Source: Camelus dromedarius | Lineage: Eukaryota | Assembly (NCBI RefSeq): GCF_036321535.1 | Contig: NC_087436.1 | Span: 41,914,001-41,978,000 of the forward strand | Reading direction: 5' to 3' | Length of the DNA: 64,000 bases | Shown here: in pieces, positions 13,171 through 27,155 of the stretch | Numbering within the stretch: position 1 is the first letter of the stretch | Layout of the letters: each line of letters begins with the position of its first letter | Notes under the pieces: generated by a model | The model's database searches: none | Told to the model about the DNA's origin: nothing | The model's input: the letters and a program-made list of their open reading frames with translations, nothing else | Translations under genes and position numbers: made by a program

Positions 13171-16100
13171 CCTATTAATTTCTACCTGAAATTACATTTA
13201 TAAATGTACAACCTAAAAGCACATTTACAAAAATGAGCAGATGATTAAATATCTCAATAAATCATAAAACGGACATTGATGTGTTAGTCTGTCCATTCAT
13301 TTGCACACATGCATTTAAGTACTTAGTACAAACCAGAAACTGCTTGGCATCGGTGATAACAGCAGTAAACAAACAGACTTGACTCTGCTTTCATCAAGCT
13401 TATTCCCTAATCTTTTGTGATTATAGTAGGAGATAAACAAGATACATTCTCAGCTTGATCCAAGGTTTAGGCCCAGAATGGAGGGGATAGCAAATCATGC
13501 CTTGTTACAAGCCTTGGGACTGAGGTGACTCATCTGAGAAAGGCAAGCCAGATTTAAATCCAAAGCCTAAAATAAATCTTTCTGCGCCAGCAAGAGACCC
13601 TCAACCAAAGGGCAAAATATATGCCATGAGGCAGGAGCGTAGGCAAACAGAGGCAAGACCACAAAACACTCTATTGATTAAGCCTGGAGTTTAAGTTAAA
13701 AAAAAAAAAAAAAAAAAGAAGTCTGATTGCAAAACTATAGTCAGACCACAAGATTTCCTCTATCAGCAATGTCACTTTGATGATATATCTGAGAGCAATG
13801 AGGCTTAAAATCCTGAATTCTAGCACTTACGTTATGAGACTGCTTTTAATTCTTGCCCAGAGCCTGCTTTCTTTTAGAAACAATGTTTCCCTAAGGCCTT
13901 CATCAAGGGGGTGAAGTATGTGCTACTCCAGTGTATCTGCTACCCAGGGAATAGTTAATGGGGTTGCACAATGTGAGTCCTGACCTCCAGGTCTCTGCAC
14001 TTTGGGGAATCCGTTTTCAACTCGGATTCTAAACTGGAAGTGATTCTTTGCATTAAAACAGGTTTTAAAAAGCCTTTCTCATGCTCATAGTATGCCAGTA
14101 AAAAAAAAAAAAAAAAAGGATCTCCAGAAGAGGCTGTAGATATATGATGCTCACTTGAGGGGACAGACAGAGAATGTTGCAGAATGAAACAGCCTTTCTT
14201 GCATCTAGCAAAGCAAACGCTAAGTTTTGTGGACAGTTGAAGAATTCTGAGACTGGAGAACAGAACGGGAAAGCAGGCAAGGGATAAGAGCCTCTGGTGG
14301 AAATGATTAATCCCCGGGCCCTCTAAGCCCAGAAATCCAGTCCAAAGCAGAATGATTCCATTAGCCACAGTACTTAAGTTATCATCAGTGGAGGAAAACC
14401 AGAGATGACTATCACAATGTATTGTAGATACTTATGTATCATAGGCTACATATAATTTCCAATATAGAGTGTCATTTCAAACAAATCCTTTAATCCTCTT
14501 CAAAAGGATGGAAGTTTAAAACCCCTAGAACCAGGGAAATATTACTTTTATATTAAAATCAGGATTTTGATGGTTGGAGTGGGCAAAAAGAACATCACTT
14601 ACCTAATTCTTCCATAATGAGGCATATTTCTCTCTGGGTGTATTAAGAAATCCAGTGGTATATTCAGTTCAATTCAGTCCAATACATACAGGGCCTAGAC
14701 TCAGGACAGTGCATTGTGTGTGTTTGCTTATAAAAGAAATATGAAAATAAATAAGATTAAGTTCTTTCTTCCTAAGCCCTTGCTGTCATGTAGGAAGTTA
14801 AGAATAGACCTACAAAAACTACAAGACTGAATCATTACACAGCTTTCCTTGAATATAATGTTATTCCTATATATTCAGATTACTTATAAATGCAGGTGGA
14901 CATTATTTTCTACCTTATGGGAAAAATCCGTCACCAAACGATTAGAATGGTGACATACTTCTCACCTTTAAGAGCTGATTTTATGAATTGTTGATACTAT
15001 TATCACCCATTTTACAGATATATGTTTCCTTTAGAAACTTGAAGAACGTATCTCCGTTTTTTAACTTGTTCTATCTCCTTCATCTATGTTGATGACTAAA
15101 TATGCTAAGAGAAGTAAAATGAAAATAAGATGGAAAAGGAAATGCTCTCCTAATAAAAAATTGAGAAAAACATGATGGAAATTTTAGATGTATAAGCAGA
15201 TTTGGAGGAAGAGTAATTTTTATAATAGGTAGAGCTGCAGTGGAGTAAAAAGTACCTCATAAACACAGCAGCTCCAAAGTTGGAAAAAGAATCGTATTTG
15301 CTATGCAACAGGCAATAGCATCAGCCTGGATGATAGAGAAATGAGAGAAGATGCAAGAGATAATACATGACTCCCTCCAGGGTCCCTCCGTTTAACTAAG
15401 TACAGCCTGGCCAGGTCAGATAGCTGCTTCATGGAAACCTGTTCAGCTGAACACCCTGCAGCATCATTGATTTTCAAGAATGCATTGAAGTAACAGTAAG
15501 TAGTTATTTCTTCTAAATGTGACTTTTTTTTTTCATTTTGGTCTATGAGGCCACCTATGAACACGTAAAAAGGAATTCTCCAGAGTCCTTTTCTAATTTA
15601 GCCTGAAGAGCCTCATACTGGCAAGTAATTTGAGTTCTCAATTTAAACCAGTGGAGGGCTGCATACTGAATGAAAATTGGATTTTTAATATTGGCCTTGT
15701 TGAAATAACTTAAGGAGTTGGCAGTAATGAAAATGAGGGATGTTTATTTGATTCCAGGCTGATCACCTTTCTGACAGGTACAAGGAGGGGCACGAGGTTT
15801 GCTGCAGAAAGTAAGGGCCTCCAGATCGGACATGGAACTTTGGAAACAGAAGTAAGAGATGAACATTTGGCCCTTAGAACGCCTCTTGCTTATTACTATG
15901 ACTTAAAAATGTCCTTGAGGTGAAAAGGCATTCTCTGACACTACAATTTGGAGGTAGACGTGAATAATAGCATAGCATAGTAAAAAGATGAGGGACTGGG
16001 AAATATGCATCCCAATCTCTACTCTAAGATGAACTCCCTGTAGGAATTTAAGCAGTCTTATGACCATAGTATTCTACTTCTTCATACATAAAAAGTATAT

Positions 16101-17539
16101 GCACAAGGCAGGTTTTCATGATTTATATCGTTTATATCTCATATTAATTCTTCAAAGTAGGTCTTTTTATTTCTATTTTAAAGATAGGAAAAGCAAGCTT
16201 CAGAAAACTCACTCTGTCAGTAGACAATCCACATTTCTACTTTAAATCTTTACTGCATTATAATTTTAATGCATCAAAAAATGAAGGTTTTTTTTTTACA
16301 GTAACAGAAGAGATTTTAAAAGAGATGATTATCATAGAGAAATTATAAAAGGTATTTGTAAAAATCAAATGTACAATATAGGAAACAAATAAAAACCAGG
16401 GCATTCTAATTAAAACAAATGACTGGGAAGATAATTTTGGAGAATTCAAATAAAATTTGCACAGAAATTTTAGGATCATTTAACATCGCTTAGTCTCTGA
16501 TCATATATGGTGGCCTAGAAGAAATGTATTGGGCTACACAAAACAACTGTACACATGTGTCTAAAGTAGATTCTTTTTCAAATTAACATTGCATTTCAAT
16601 GTCAGAATTCTAGCAGTATAGTAATAATAATTTTATAAAAGAGATGTCAAAATACATCTTTCATTACTTCTAAGTGAAAATAGAGGTATCATTTTATTGA
16701 AAATGAATCATAGTACAAATTATTATGAATTTAATTTTTTCTTAATTCAAATTAAAATGTGTCATCATATCATCGTAAATGTTTCATGTGCTGATTCCAG
16801 GTTCACAATTCCCCTAACAGATAGCTCTGGCTTCATCTGATTATATCATTAAACAACAATTCATAACTGTATAACTTCCTGCCCAGTTTAGATGATATTG
16901 GAAAAAAAAGAGAAACAATAACAAATGCTTCTCTGAGATTCTGGGAGAGGAATTGTGTGAATTAGAGCAGACAGTTCAGCACACATTTCAGTCTCTAAAT
17001 TTACACTTACTGTACCACTTCAATGATCTGTAATAGTTACAAATCAGAATTTCAGAGATTTCTTGAAGTGACCTATTCTAAGAAAAGCAGATAATTTATT
17101 CAGAGATTTTTCTGTTGCTGCTCAAAGTGTCTATTGAGATTTTTATGGTTTTCTCCATTCAGTGTGGCATTTTCTGGTTAGCTAATCATGAATACCTAGT
17201 TAGTTCTAGCTTGCTGATTAATTAACAGGAAAAATGAAAGCTGTTAATTTTGTTTAACTTTAGGGGTTTATTTTTCACAAGATCAAAGTGTTCTTCAAAT
17301 TGTAATATTTTCCTTATCATATCATCTGATTATCTAACTGAACAGGCTCAAATACCCAGCTATATAAAATGGCTCGGTAACTAAAGAAAACATGGTGTAC
17401 GTTTGAGCATGATTCTCTATTCATCTCAGCCAACTGGCAGTAATTGCAGCTCCACTCGAAATGTCTGCACCCTGGTACTGTGAAATTTGAGCACCTACCT
17501 TCTAGTAATTGATTTCCGTTGATTCCAAACACTATCATC

Positions 17540-17850
17540 CTTCATTCCATGCATATTTATTGAGCACTCTATGTTCCAGGTGCTGTTTTAGCCTTGTGGG
17601 ATATATCAGGGTACAAAGAAAGATAGGTTCCCTACCCTCATTTGAATGTGTGTGGTGGGGGAGACAGTTAACATATATAATAAATAAGTAAATTATACAA
17701 CATATTGAAGATGTTAAGTCCTATGGAATATAAAGAAAACGTAGAACAGGATAAAGAGTATTGGACGAGGTTTGGAAGTGGCTGCATTATTAAATAGCTT
17801 GGTCAAGGTTGACTTTAATGGAAATTTTGAAAGGGGTCCCGGAATTAACT
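17540..17850 (-). mobile_element. L2a 3' fragment
   Basis: ttcattccatgcatatttattgagcactctatgttccaggtgctgtttta...ccctaccctca. Confidence 0.75.
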
Positions 17851-18369
17851 ATCAGTACTGCTTGAAGAAACCAAAAACCCTGCTTTTCTGTGTAAAACCA
17901 AGAAAATCATTGTTAGCCAAGGAAGAGATATTCAAATAATTACATGAAATGATGAAGCGTAACTCCCATTACATTTGAAATGCAAATTATACTGAATCTC
18001 TTATCAAGAGTTCTCTTCCAAGAAAGAGGTTGGGTCATGGTTGTTTTGTTTCATCTTTAAATAATAACTTCATCAGATTATTTTTATAGAAATATATTCT
18101 AACCCATATTGAAAATTAATGTTCTAGAAGAGAGGAAGGAATCTGCTAATATATCCCAGCTACAGTTGACACAGGGGCCCCCACACATTGGAAGTTAAAA
18201 CATATTGAAGACTGACAAAAAGAAAGGATGTTTGAGGTCGAGTCAAATATCTCCAGTAAACAGTAAATATGTATATTTGATTTTATGGATATAATAATAT
18301 AATTTCACACGTTGGGGAACCTGCATGGCCTCAGATGGATTCTTTGTTGCCATATAACAACAACAACAA

Positions 18370-18590
18370 TTCGTGCTCATTGAAGGCTTCTTATGTACCG
18401 TACATTGTCCATATATGGGAGCATTATATGTTACTTCAGTTATTCTTCCCAGCAAGTCTACAAAGTATATAACGTCCTCAATTTACAGATGGGAGAGTTA
18501 AGAGACAGAAGGCATAAGTAAGGTAACTGGTAGAGCTCGTTTTGAACCCGTGCATTACTGACTCATGAACTCTTAACTATAATGTGCCAT
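18370..18590 (-). mobile_element. MIR SINE
   Basis: caatttacagatgggagagttaagagacagaaggcataagtaa...tttgaaccc. Confidence 0.7.
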
Positions 18591-21500
18591 TAACTCCTAT
18601 AAGAAGTTTTGACAACCACTGCGGGTTGAATAGAAGGCAGTCCATTGGCATTTAGGAAAAAAGTTTTAGGACATTGATTGATACTCATCTAAAAGTAAGA
18701 AAGATACTGACCTACAATATTATTTTGTAGAGGTGAAAACCCCGATGCCCCACGAGGCTGAATCTCAGGCAGCCTCCTGTCTCAGACCACATGCACAGCA
18801 TCCTTGGAAGAGAGAGGGAGTGACAGTGAACAGGGTTGACAGTAGCAACCTCACTGCTTTCTTCGGGTTCAGTCTGTTACTACATGTTGTAGTTTATAAA
18901 ACCATACAAAGGCATTTACAGATTGTTATGCTCCAGTTTGACTAAATTAACCCTCCCAGATGAAGCAAATAGTTTGAAAACTCTTCCTTGGAAAAGACTG
19001 CTGATTAAATGTAATACCAATAACTCAAGCACAAATGAACAGCAAGAAAATGGCAAAGTGACAGTGCTCCCATTTCCTCAGTGCATGTTTTGTCAGTCAA
19101 GTCACATTACAGGTTTCAAACAGGATCTCTAATCAGACTGACTTGTTCAGTCACATTCCTTTCAGCTAAAGCATTATGATTTTTGTTAGCACCAGAAAAG
19201 GTGCTAGGTCGTTAATAAACAGAACAAAATATTTAAAATAATGTTCATTTCATTTACTTGTTTCCATTTTGCATATTTTATAAAGTATATAAGTGATGAT
19301 AAGAGTACAAGTATATGATTTATAAAAATAAATATCCATGTATTAGGGACACCGTCTCAAAATATTCACTGATAGTTGTGAGGCCATGGATCTAGATCAT
19401 CAAAATGGTTGTCATTACAGATGGGAATGAATTTTTATTATGAAATTAACATTAATTTACTTCTGTATTAACATACAAATTAATAGGAATTAGGTGTCCA
19501 TACTTACAAGTTTTAAATAATGTCCCTAAATGTCTGAATGAATCTTACTGTTTCAAGCGTAGTTATAATTCTGATTTTTTCCTATCCTTTTATAAATGGT
19601 TAAATTTGGGAGATAAGCATGCATTTATGGAAGAATATCATATGTGTAATTAATTTTCAGGTCATTTTAATTCAACTAAAATAGTGTTAACACCCCCCTG
19701 ATGTCACCATTCACACCAGCTCGTCCCTTTGACTTCAATATCTTTCTATGAATGGGCTCCCAATCTATGAATGGGCTCTGACACTAAGGCGCAAAGCTTT
19801 CTCTATTTCCTCTCTATTTCTTGGCACTTAAGCAAGTTGGCAAGTCCTGTGTTTTCTTCCTCTGCAAGGCACTCCATTTTTCTCTTTCTTTCCATTCATG
19901 GCTACCACCATCAAAGCTCTTAAAGCCCAAATATTATTTTAATAACCTCCTTTTTTATTGCTGGATTCCCCTATCATGTCCAAATCTCCTATAATAGCCA
20001 TGATTGATCTGATCAAGCCACACTTGCCAGATTATTCTAATTTTAAAGATTAAATTTTTTGAAGACGATTTATTTCCAGCCCTCTTCAATAAACCATTCT
20101 GAAGTACATAAATCCTCCCATCTGGCTCATAAACCTCTCTGTCTCACCTGTCTTATCTTGTACCCTTTGGCCTGCTCATTCTCTATGTTGCCCGTTGTCT
20201 GGCACAAGACAGGAATGTCAAGCCTCTTTTGAACTTTCAGAGAACTTTGCTTGACATTTTTTAAGCTTTTTATTATAATTACTTAGGTACATGTTTTTCT
20301 TCATAGTGATTACCCTTGAGGATAGAGACCCTGTTTCACACATTAAAAAGAAAAAAACCAAAAACAAAACCCTTACTAACTTCTAGTATATTTGCATGTG
20401 ATGAGTACTTAAAATTAATATTTGACAAGTAAAAATACTCTAAAATAATGCGATATTTCCCTGGTTATTTGAAATTCACTTTAACATATTCCAATACCTT
20501 CCAGGCCCTAATATTCTCTGTTTGTCATTGATCAGTATATTTAAGAAAACATTAGCTAATGGAAAGTCACTATATATGTGGAAGCTACTTAGACACATGT
20601 ACAAAAAGGTGCAGGAATTGGACACTGTGTCATTTTGTGGAAAATGTGGAAATAAAGTATATTCTCACAGCTAGATATTCAAACTGTGGGATGTCACTTA
20701 AAACAGCCCAGTTCGCTCCAAAATCAGAGAAGGGGGAGAAGAGAAATAAAATTTACAAAACAATATGATAGTAAATAATTCACCTTTGCATACCCTCGCT
20801 CCTTTTTTTACACTGGGTCAAAGGTTACAGTCTCCTCAAAGATCTGCTTAAAACTCATTTACTTAATGAAACACCCTCTAATCAACACTGTGCTACTCTG
20901 CTCTTTTCTTTAATTTGGATTCACTAAGCATTTAATTCTGTCTAGTTGCTTCTATTACATCCTCATTTTCATGCTACCTTTTATGCAGCTTTAGTTTGTT
21001 TTTGTTTGTTCAACAGAAATTTACTTTTTTTGGATATAAGGGCAATTACTTTTATTTATTGTGGTTCCTGCTGAGATCACGGAACAGTTTCAAGTATCTA
21101 CTAAGTACTCCACTTGTACAAGTTTTATTGAATGGGAATAAGAATATGATTTTTAACAGGTAGAGCACTCTATCAAAAAAGTCATTGCATTCTGTTTGAG
21201 ACTTATATAGATGTATCTTAACAATTTGACATCAATCTGAACCAAATAGCAGGGTAAAATATGGCTTTCAAAAATGAAACAGATGCTGGAGCATACTTTT
21301 AGCAATTTCCCTAAGATTTGCCCATAAACAGTGTCCCTAGAAAAGACAATACAGAATGTATTGACCATTATGACTCATGAATAAGAGCAGAATTACTAAT
21401 CAGCTTTTACATCTTGAATTGAGGTGGTATAACCAAAATCAGAGGAGCAATGTCTTCATGGAAGTTCACTTTAAAGACAAAGACATAACTTTAAATAACA

Positions 21501-23059
21501 AGAGAACTCCTTAGCAGGAGATAGACGTTATGACTGCACAGGTTTCCCGGATTCATACAAAACTGGTGTAGACAATTGCCTTCACCACTTGGTTTTGAAA
21601 ACAAAAGCTCAAATATAAGTTTTAAAATTATGTTTAATGTGTTCCTCTGTCAAAAAGAGATGTAAAGAACACATAAATTATTCAACAAAAACATCTAGAA
21701 GTCAGCAGAATAGGTGTCCACTGGAAGACATCATACCAATTTGGAAATAACGCTGAGACAGAGCTATTTTCTATGTCTTATTCTTCCACTCACCGACCAC
21801 TACATCTAACACTAGTCTTCTTTGAAACAGAAACAGTAATTTTAAGATGAGAAGGCAAAGCAACACCTAAGTATGTTTGCAGCCTATCCTGTTCCTATCA
21901 GATAAGAAAAAAATATGAAGAAATGCATTACTAATTCAGGTTATTGTCAAAATAAATGAGTCCTAAGCTTTTCAAATTGAGTCCAAATTAGTAGTGCACA
22001 CCCAGGTAAAATTTTTATATCCGAAACACCTCTAGAATCCTAGCGTGTAAATAAAAGTAATGAGCAAGAAGGTGTTTTTTCTAAAATCTCAACTAAAATT
22101 TTTTTTAAATAGATGCTTTGCTATTTGAGTCTCACTTCTTTATTTGAAATTCCAAGCACTTACTATCTATAGCAGTATGAAACTAAATTATAAATACATA
22201 GCACTATTTAAATACTAATTCATTTATGTGAGTTTTAACTCCTTCCTTTAAAACATTAAATTCTGAAACTCAAGTGGCTGTTTTAAGTGAAATATACATA
22301 GCACAGCTAAAATATTTAAAGTTCAGCTAACCATCAGTAAGTAGATGATGTCAAACCTAGCACGGTAGCCAGAGTCCCCACAGGAACTATGAGGAACGAG
22401 AGGTTGGAATCATAAGATTCAGATTTCAGAGCCTGGTTGAGCCAAACCACTTTCTAGATGAATTATTAATCTCACCTCTCAAATAAAGATAACAATACCT
22501 AGAATTATTTTAAACGCTAAGTGAAATACTATGTGACCATATTTTGAAAATTTTAAAATGTTCAACAGACATTTTTCATAGTATAGTAGTATAGAGTAAT
22601 ATTTTCTCAACTTAAAAAAAAAAACAAACTTTTGAAATAAGTCCTCATTTTTTCAATTCTCTTCTTTTCCAAATCTTAATTTTCCCTTTGGAAAAAGGCA
22701 AAGAAATTGTCAAAGGGAAATTTTAAAGCCAATTTTATTGTCCCTCTTAACTGGATATTTTCGGCTTTGAAGCTAATCTGTATTAATATTTATTGGATAA
22801 CTCTCAAGAGCACACAATTGAGCTCACCTCTCATTTCACTTTAAACACATTTAGGCAAGACTATAAAATGGTGTGTAAAGAAATATATAAAACAATTTCT
22901 TTATGATCAACAACAACATTCCTTAAACACAAGGGATGTTTCCTAAATTGTCTCTTTCCCACCTCACTTTACCCTAGTCCATATCACAGTGTTATATACA
23001 TAAAAGATGCTCAATAAAAACTGATCTGCCTTTTTGTATTGTCAGTTTATCAAATAAAC

Positions 23060-24495
23060 TTTATCCCAGGCATTATGCATGAAAGAAAAAATTTATATGA
23101 AGGACTTCATTAAAATTGAAAACTTCTACTCTTCAAAAGACACTGTGAAAAGAATGGAAAGACAAGCCAGAGAAAATATTTGTAAAACACACAGCCGATA
23201 GAGGACTTGCATCCAAATATATAAAAAAAACTCTAAAAACTCAGCAAGAAGAAAACAGACAACCAAAATGAAAGGTAGGCAAAATAACTGAACAGATACT
23301 TCACTAAAAAGATAAATAGATAGCAAATAGTATATGGAAACATGCTCAACAGCATGCATATGTCATTAGGGAAGTGCGTATTAAAACAAAGAGATACCCC
23401 TACCACACCTTATTAGAATGGCCAAAGCCAAAGCACTGATAGCACCAAATGCTGGGAAGGATGTGGAGCAGCAGAAACTTTCATTGCTGGTGGGAATGCA
23501 AAATGGTACAGTCACTTTGGAAAACAATTTGGCAGTTCCTTACGAAACTAAACATACCATACCATCCAGGAATTGTACTCCTTGGTATTCATTCAACTGA
23601 GTTGGAAACTTATGTCCACACAAAAACCTGCACGTGAATGTTTACAGCAGCTTTATTCATAATTGCCAAAACTTGGAAGTAACTGAGATGTCCTTCAAAA
23701 GGTCAGTGGATAAACAAGCCATGGTACATCCAGGTAATAGAATATTATTCAGCAATAAAAACAAATGAGCTGTGAAGCCACAAAAAGACATGAAGGAATC
23801 TTAAATGCATATTGCTAAAGGAAGCCAATCTGAAAAGGCTACAGACAGTATAATTCCAGTTAAATGATATCCTCAAAAGGGCAAAACTATGAAGACAGTA
23901 AAAAGAACAGTGGTTGCCAGGAGGAGAGAGAAGGGATGAATAAGTGCAGGGGATTTTTAGGGAAGTGAAACTATTCTACATGAAATTGTAATGGTGGATA
24001 CATGATATTCTATGTTTGTCAAAACCCATAGAATTTACAACACAAGCAAGGAACTCTAATATAAACTATGGACGTTAGTTAATATTAACGTATCAATATT
24101 AATTCATCAGTTGTAACTAATAGGGACTCTGTGAGAGGATACAAGGAAAAGAGGGTATATGGGAACTCTGTACTTTTTCTTACTTGTGTAAACCTAAAAC
24201 TGCTATAAATAAAAGGAGGAGGAGGAGGAGCCAAAAGGAGCCTAAGGAGACAAATACTTAAATGTAATGTGGTATCCTGAAGCAGAAAAAGGATAGTAAG
24301 GAAAAACTGAGAGAAATATGAATAAAGCATGGGCTTTAGTTAATAATTGATCCATATTGGTTCATGAATTGTGATGAATGTACCACACTGAAATAAGACA
24401 GAGTGGGTGCTGGTATAACAGGAACTCTCTGTACTATCTTTGCAGTTTTTCTGTAAATCTAAACAATTCTAACATAAAAAGTTTATTGAATAAAA
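23060..24495 (+). mobile_element. L1MC-type 3' portion (ORF2 C-terminus plus 3'UTR, to about 24215), followed by a second L1M 3' end
   Basis: ttaaaattgaaaacttctactcttcaaaagacactgtg, gctgggaaggatgtggagc, gcagctttattcataattgccaaaac, gggaactctgtacttt. Second tail: ggaactctctgtactatctttgcag...aaaagtttatt. The ORFs at 23418-23637 are L1 ORF2 remnants. Confidence 0.9.
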
Positions 24496-26739
24496 ATATT
24501 TATTGTTCATATACTCTAAGGCAGGGACAATGCTTAGAAACATAAAAACGTACATAGTAGTTTTCATATATAAATATAAAGTTACTGAAGGCATGTGTTT
24601 AAATCAAAATATATTATTATTAAGCATTTAGATGTTAATTAGAAAGCAATGTGAAAGATTAAAATCATCCATGTGTGAAATGTGTATGTTGTCAGAGCAA
24701 AATGAAAATGTTTGGAAAATGTTTAAAGTAACCACGCTATTTGTTAAGTGCAAAGGCTCTATCTAATTGTTATGCTCTAATCTCTTGGTTTCATTCATAT
24801 TAAAATTTTCATAAGTAGCAAGTTGTTTGTACTATCCGTTATGACAGGCCTATATGTTATTCAAATTCACCTTCCCCTGTGGTCAGAGGCATGCATTGCC
24901 TACCGATGCAAATAACAACTGACATTCCCAGGAATTTCACAGTCTGCTCTGAATACACAGATTCTTATATCTCATGCTAGGTCCACATATCCTTTACATT
25001 GTTAAAAATAGCTGCCCCCCTCCAAAGTATTGATTTACTTTTGCTTCACATTCTGTGATAAAATATTTGAGATTAGTTTTTCTTGCTTCAATTAATATGG
25101 TATGTTTTCCCTCAACCCTGTAACTCATTCCTCATGCAAAAGACAAATCTTGCTCCTGCAGCCCTATTGATCCAGGTGGCCCTTTTGGTTAAGAGTAAAG
25201 TCTCTTTAATTACTTTGGCTGACTTTCATTTTTTACAAAGTCTTAGGCACATTAGCTATCATGCTGTAGTGTTCCCATTTGTCTTAAATTTAGATGCACC
25301 TTGGTCTCCGGAGATTGATTGACTGTCTCTAAATTCTTAAGAAACCACCGCCTGCCCCAGACTATACTAACTCAGCTCAGCTTAGAAATCTGAAAGAGCT
25401 ATCTCTCAGCTTCTCCCAGGGTTTGATAACCTCTTCCCTTTCCTTCACCGGAGGTGTTTTGACCTTTAATTAAAAGGAAAATTTGTTGTCTTCCTTTCCA
25501 AAGACAGCAAATAATGAACTCATTAAAATGAGGTTAGTGTTCAGGCCTTAGAGCAATAAGAGTTGAAGTCTCATTAGCAGCTAACAATGCAGAACACAGC
25601 ACATAAATAAACCTAATATGGCACAGCAAAATGCCTCGGTGCATTAAACTTGAGCAGAATCAAATGTTTACCGTCAATGATGTCTAGGGCATGAAGTTTT
25701 AATGCACTTAATAAAGGAAAGCAAATTGCTTCCTATTAGCCATGAATTGTTACCACAGAAATTGCCCCAAAAAGTGCATTATGTAAATGTGGGGTATGTT
25801 AGTAATTAACTAAGATATTGTAGAAAAATATCTGTCTGGCTTAATAGATGCAGCAATTAGGGAGAATAAAGATGGCTCAAAATCTCTAAAGGTAATTCTA
25901 GAGATTAATGTAAAATAACATGGAATGTGAGAGTAAGATATTTTTAAGAGGCTTTGTTTCATTTGTGGCCCAATGTGAGAGATATTTGCAATATCAAACT
26001 AAAGAGTCAGTTAACAAAATGAAATGTCCCTGTAGCTGAGTAAATATATTCTGGGAAAAAGATTCCTTGAGAGCTTATTTAAAAGAATTAACTACCCTTC
26101 ATTTATAGAAGTATGAAGAATTGTGTTTCAACAAATTCTAATACTTTGTAAGTTTCTTATGATGCTAAATGAGCCATAGTTGGTAAAATAATAATTAAGT
26201 TTTGAGTTTTATTTCGACAGTTCAAAGAATGAAATAAGAGTGTAAACCCTGTTTAATATCCAATATCTATACATAATATTTACATAAAATGATTGGTAAT
26301 GATGTGATTTTCATTCTACATTGTTTTAGATTCCTGAAATAAGGTTAGTTAAACATTTTTCAATATATTCCCACTGCATTTAACCTGTATCTATATTCTT
26401 CTTAAATGAAAAATCATTAGAGCAATATTTTTACTTGATATCTCATGCCACCATTTTTTCCCAAAACACTTGAAAAAGCTTGCTTTCAGTCCATACTTCG
26501 TGGACTCTCAGGAAAACACAGAAAGAAAAAAAAATGTTGTTTGGACCAAAAACTTCAATGGATTAGGAACACCTGCTTTTTGTAGACGATGCCAGCTCCC
26601 TAAATGATACTCTGGGGATTTTGAATAGATTTATTTTGCTACTTGAGAATAAAGGTAATTTCCAAACAAAGTTCATCTGATACACAGAGTATAGGAACAA
26701 ATGCAGGAGTCATCATGCACCATATCCAGTTTTTTCACA

Positions 26740-27155
26740 ACCTGCATTCAATTCATCATTTGATATTTAAAGTCCTAAATATCTTTATATCCCAAATCTG
26801 ACCACTTTCTTCCTACATTACCACAAACTCCAAGACACTCCTTTCTCAGTTAGGCTAATTCTTTCTTCTAAATGTTTCCTTCTTCCATACTTGTCCTCTT
26901 TGACCCAGTCAATTCTTCATACAATGACCAGATTTTAAGGTATGATGAACCTTTTGCTTGAGCAAAACTCTCCAGTGGCATCTCAGTACCATCATCTTAC
27001 TGCACCGTAACTTTTATTTATTTATTTATTGTCTACCTCACCCACTGGAATATGAGCTAATAAAGAAAGAACTTTGATTTCTTCAAAGCTGAATCTCCAG
27101 TACGTACAACAGCTAGACTACAGTAGCCGTTTAAATATGTCCTGAAGAGGTAAAT
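26740..27155 (+). mobile_element. L2 fragments
   Basis: cccaaatctgaccactttct, aaaactctccagtggcatctca, ttattgtctacctcacccactggaatatgagct. Confidence 0.6.

Noticed and set aside
19745..19778. 15-bp direct repeat tctatgaatgggctc with 19-bp period
   Set aside because: An ordinary micro-tandem duplication with only two copies. It is not CRISPR-like.
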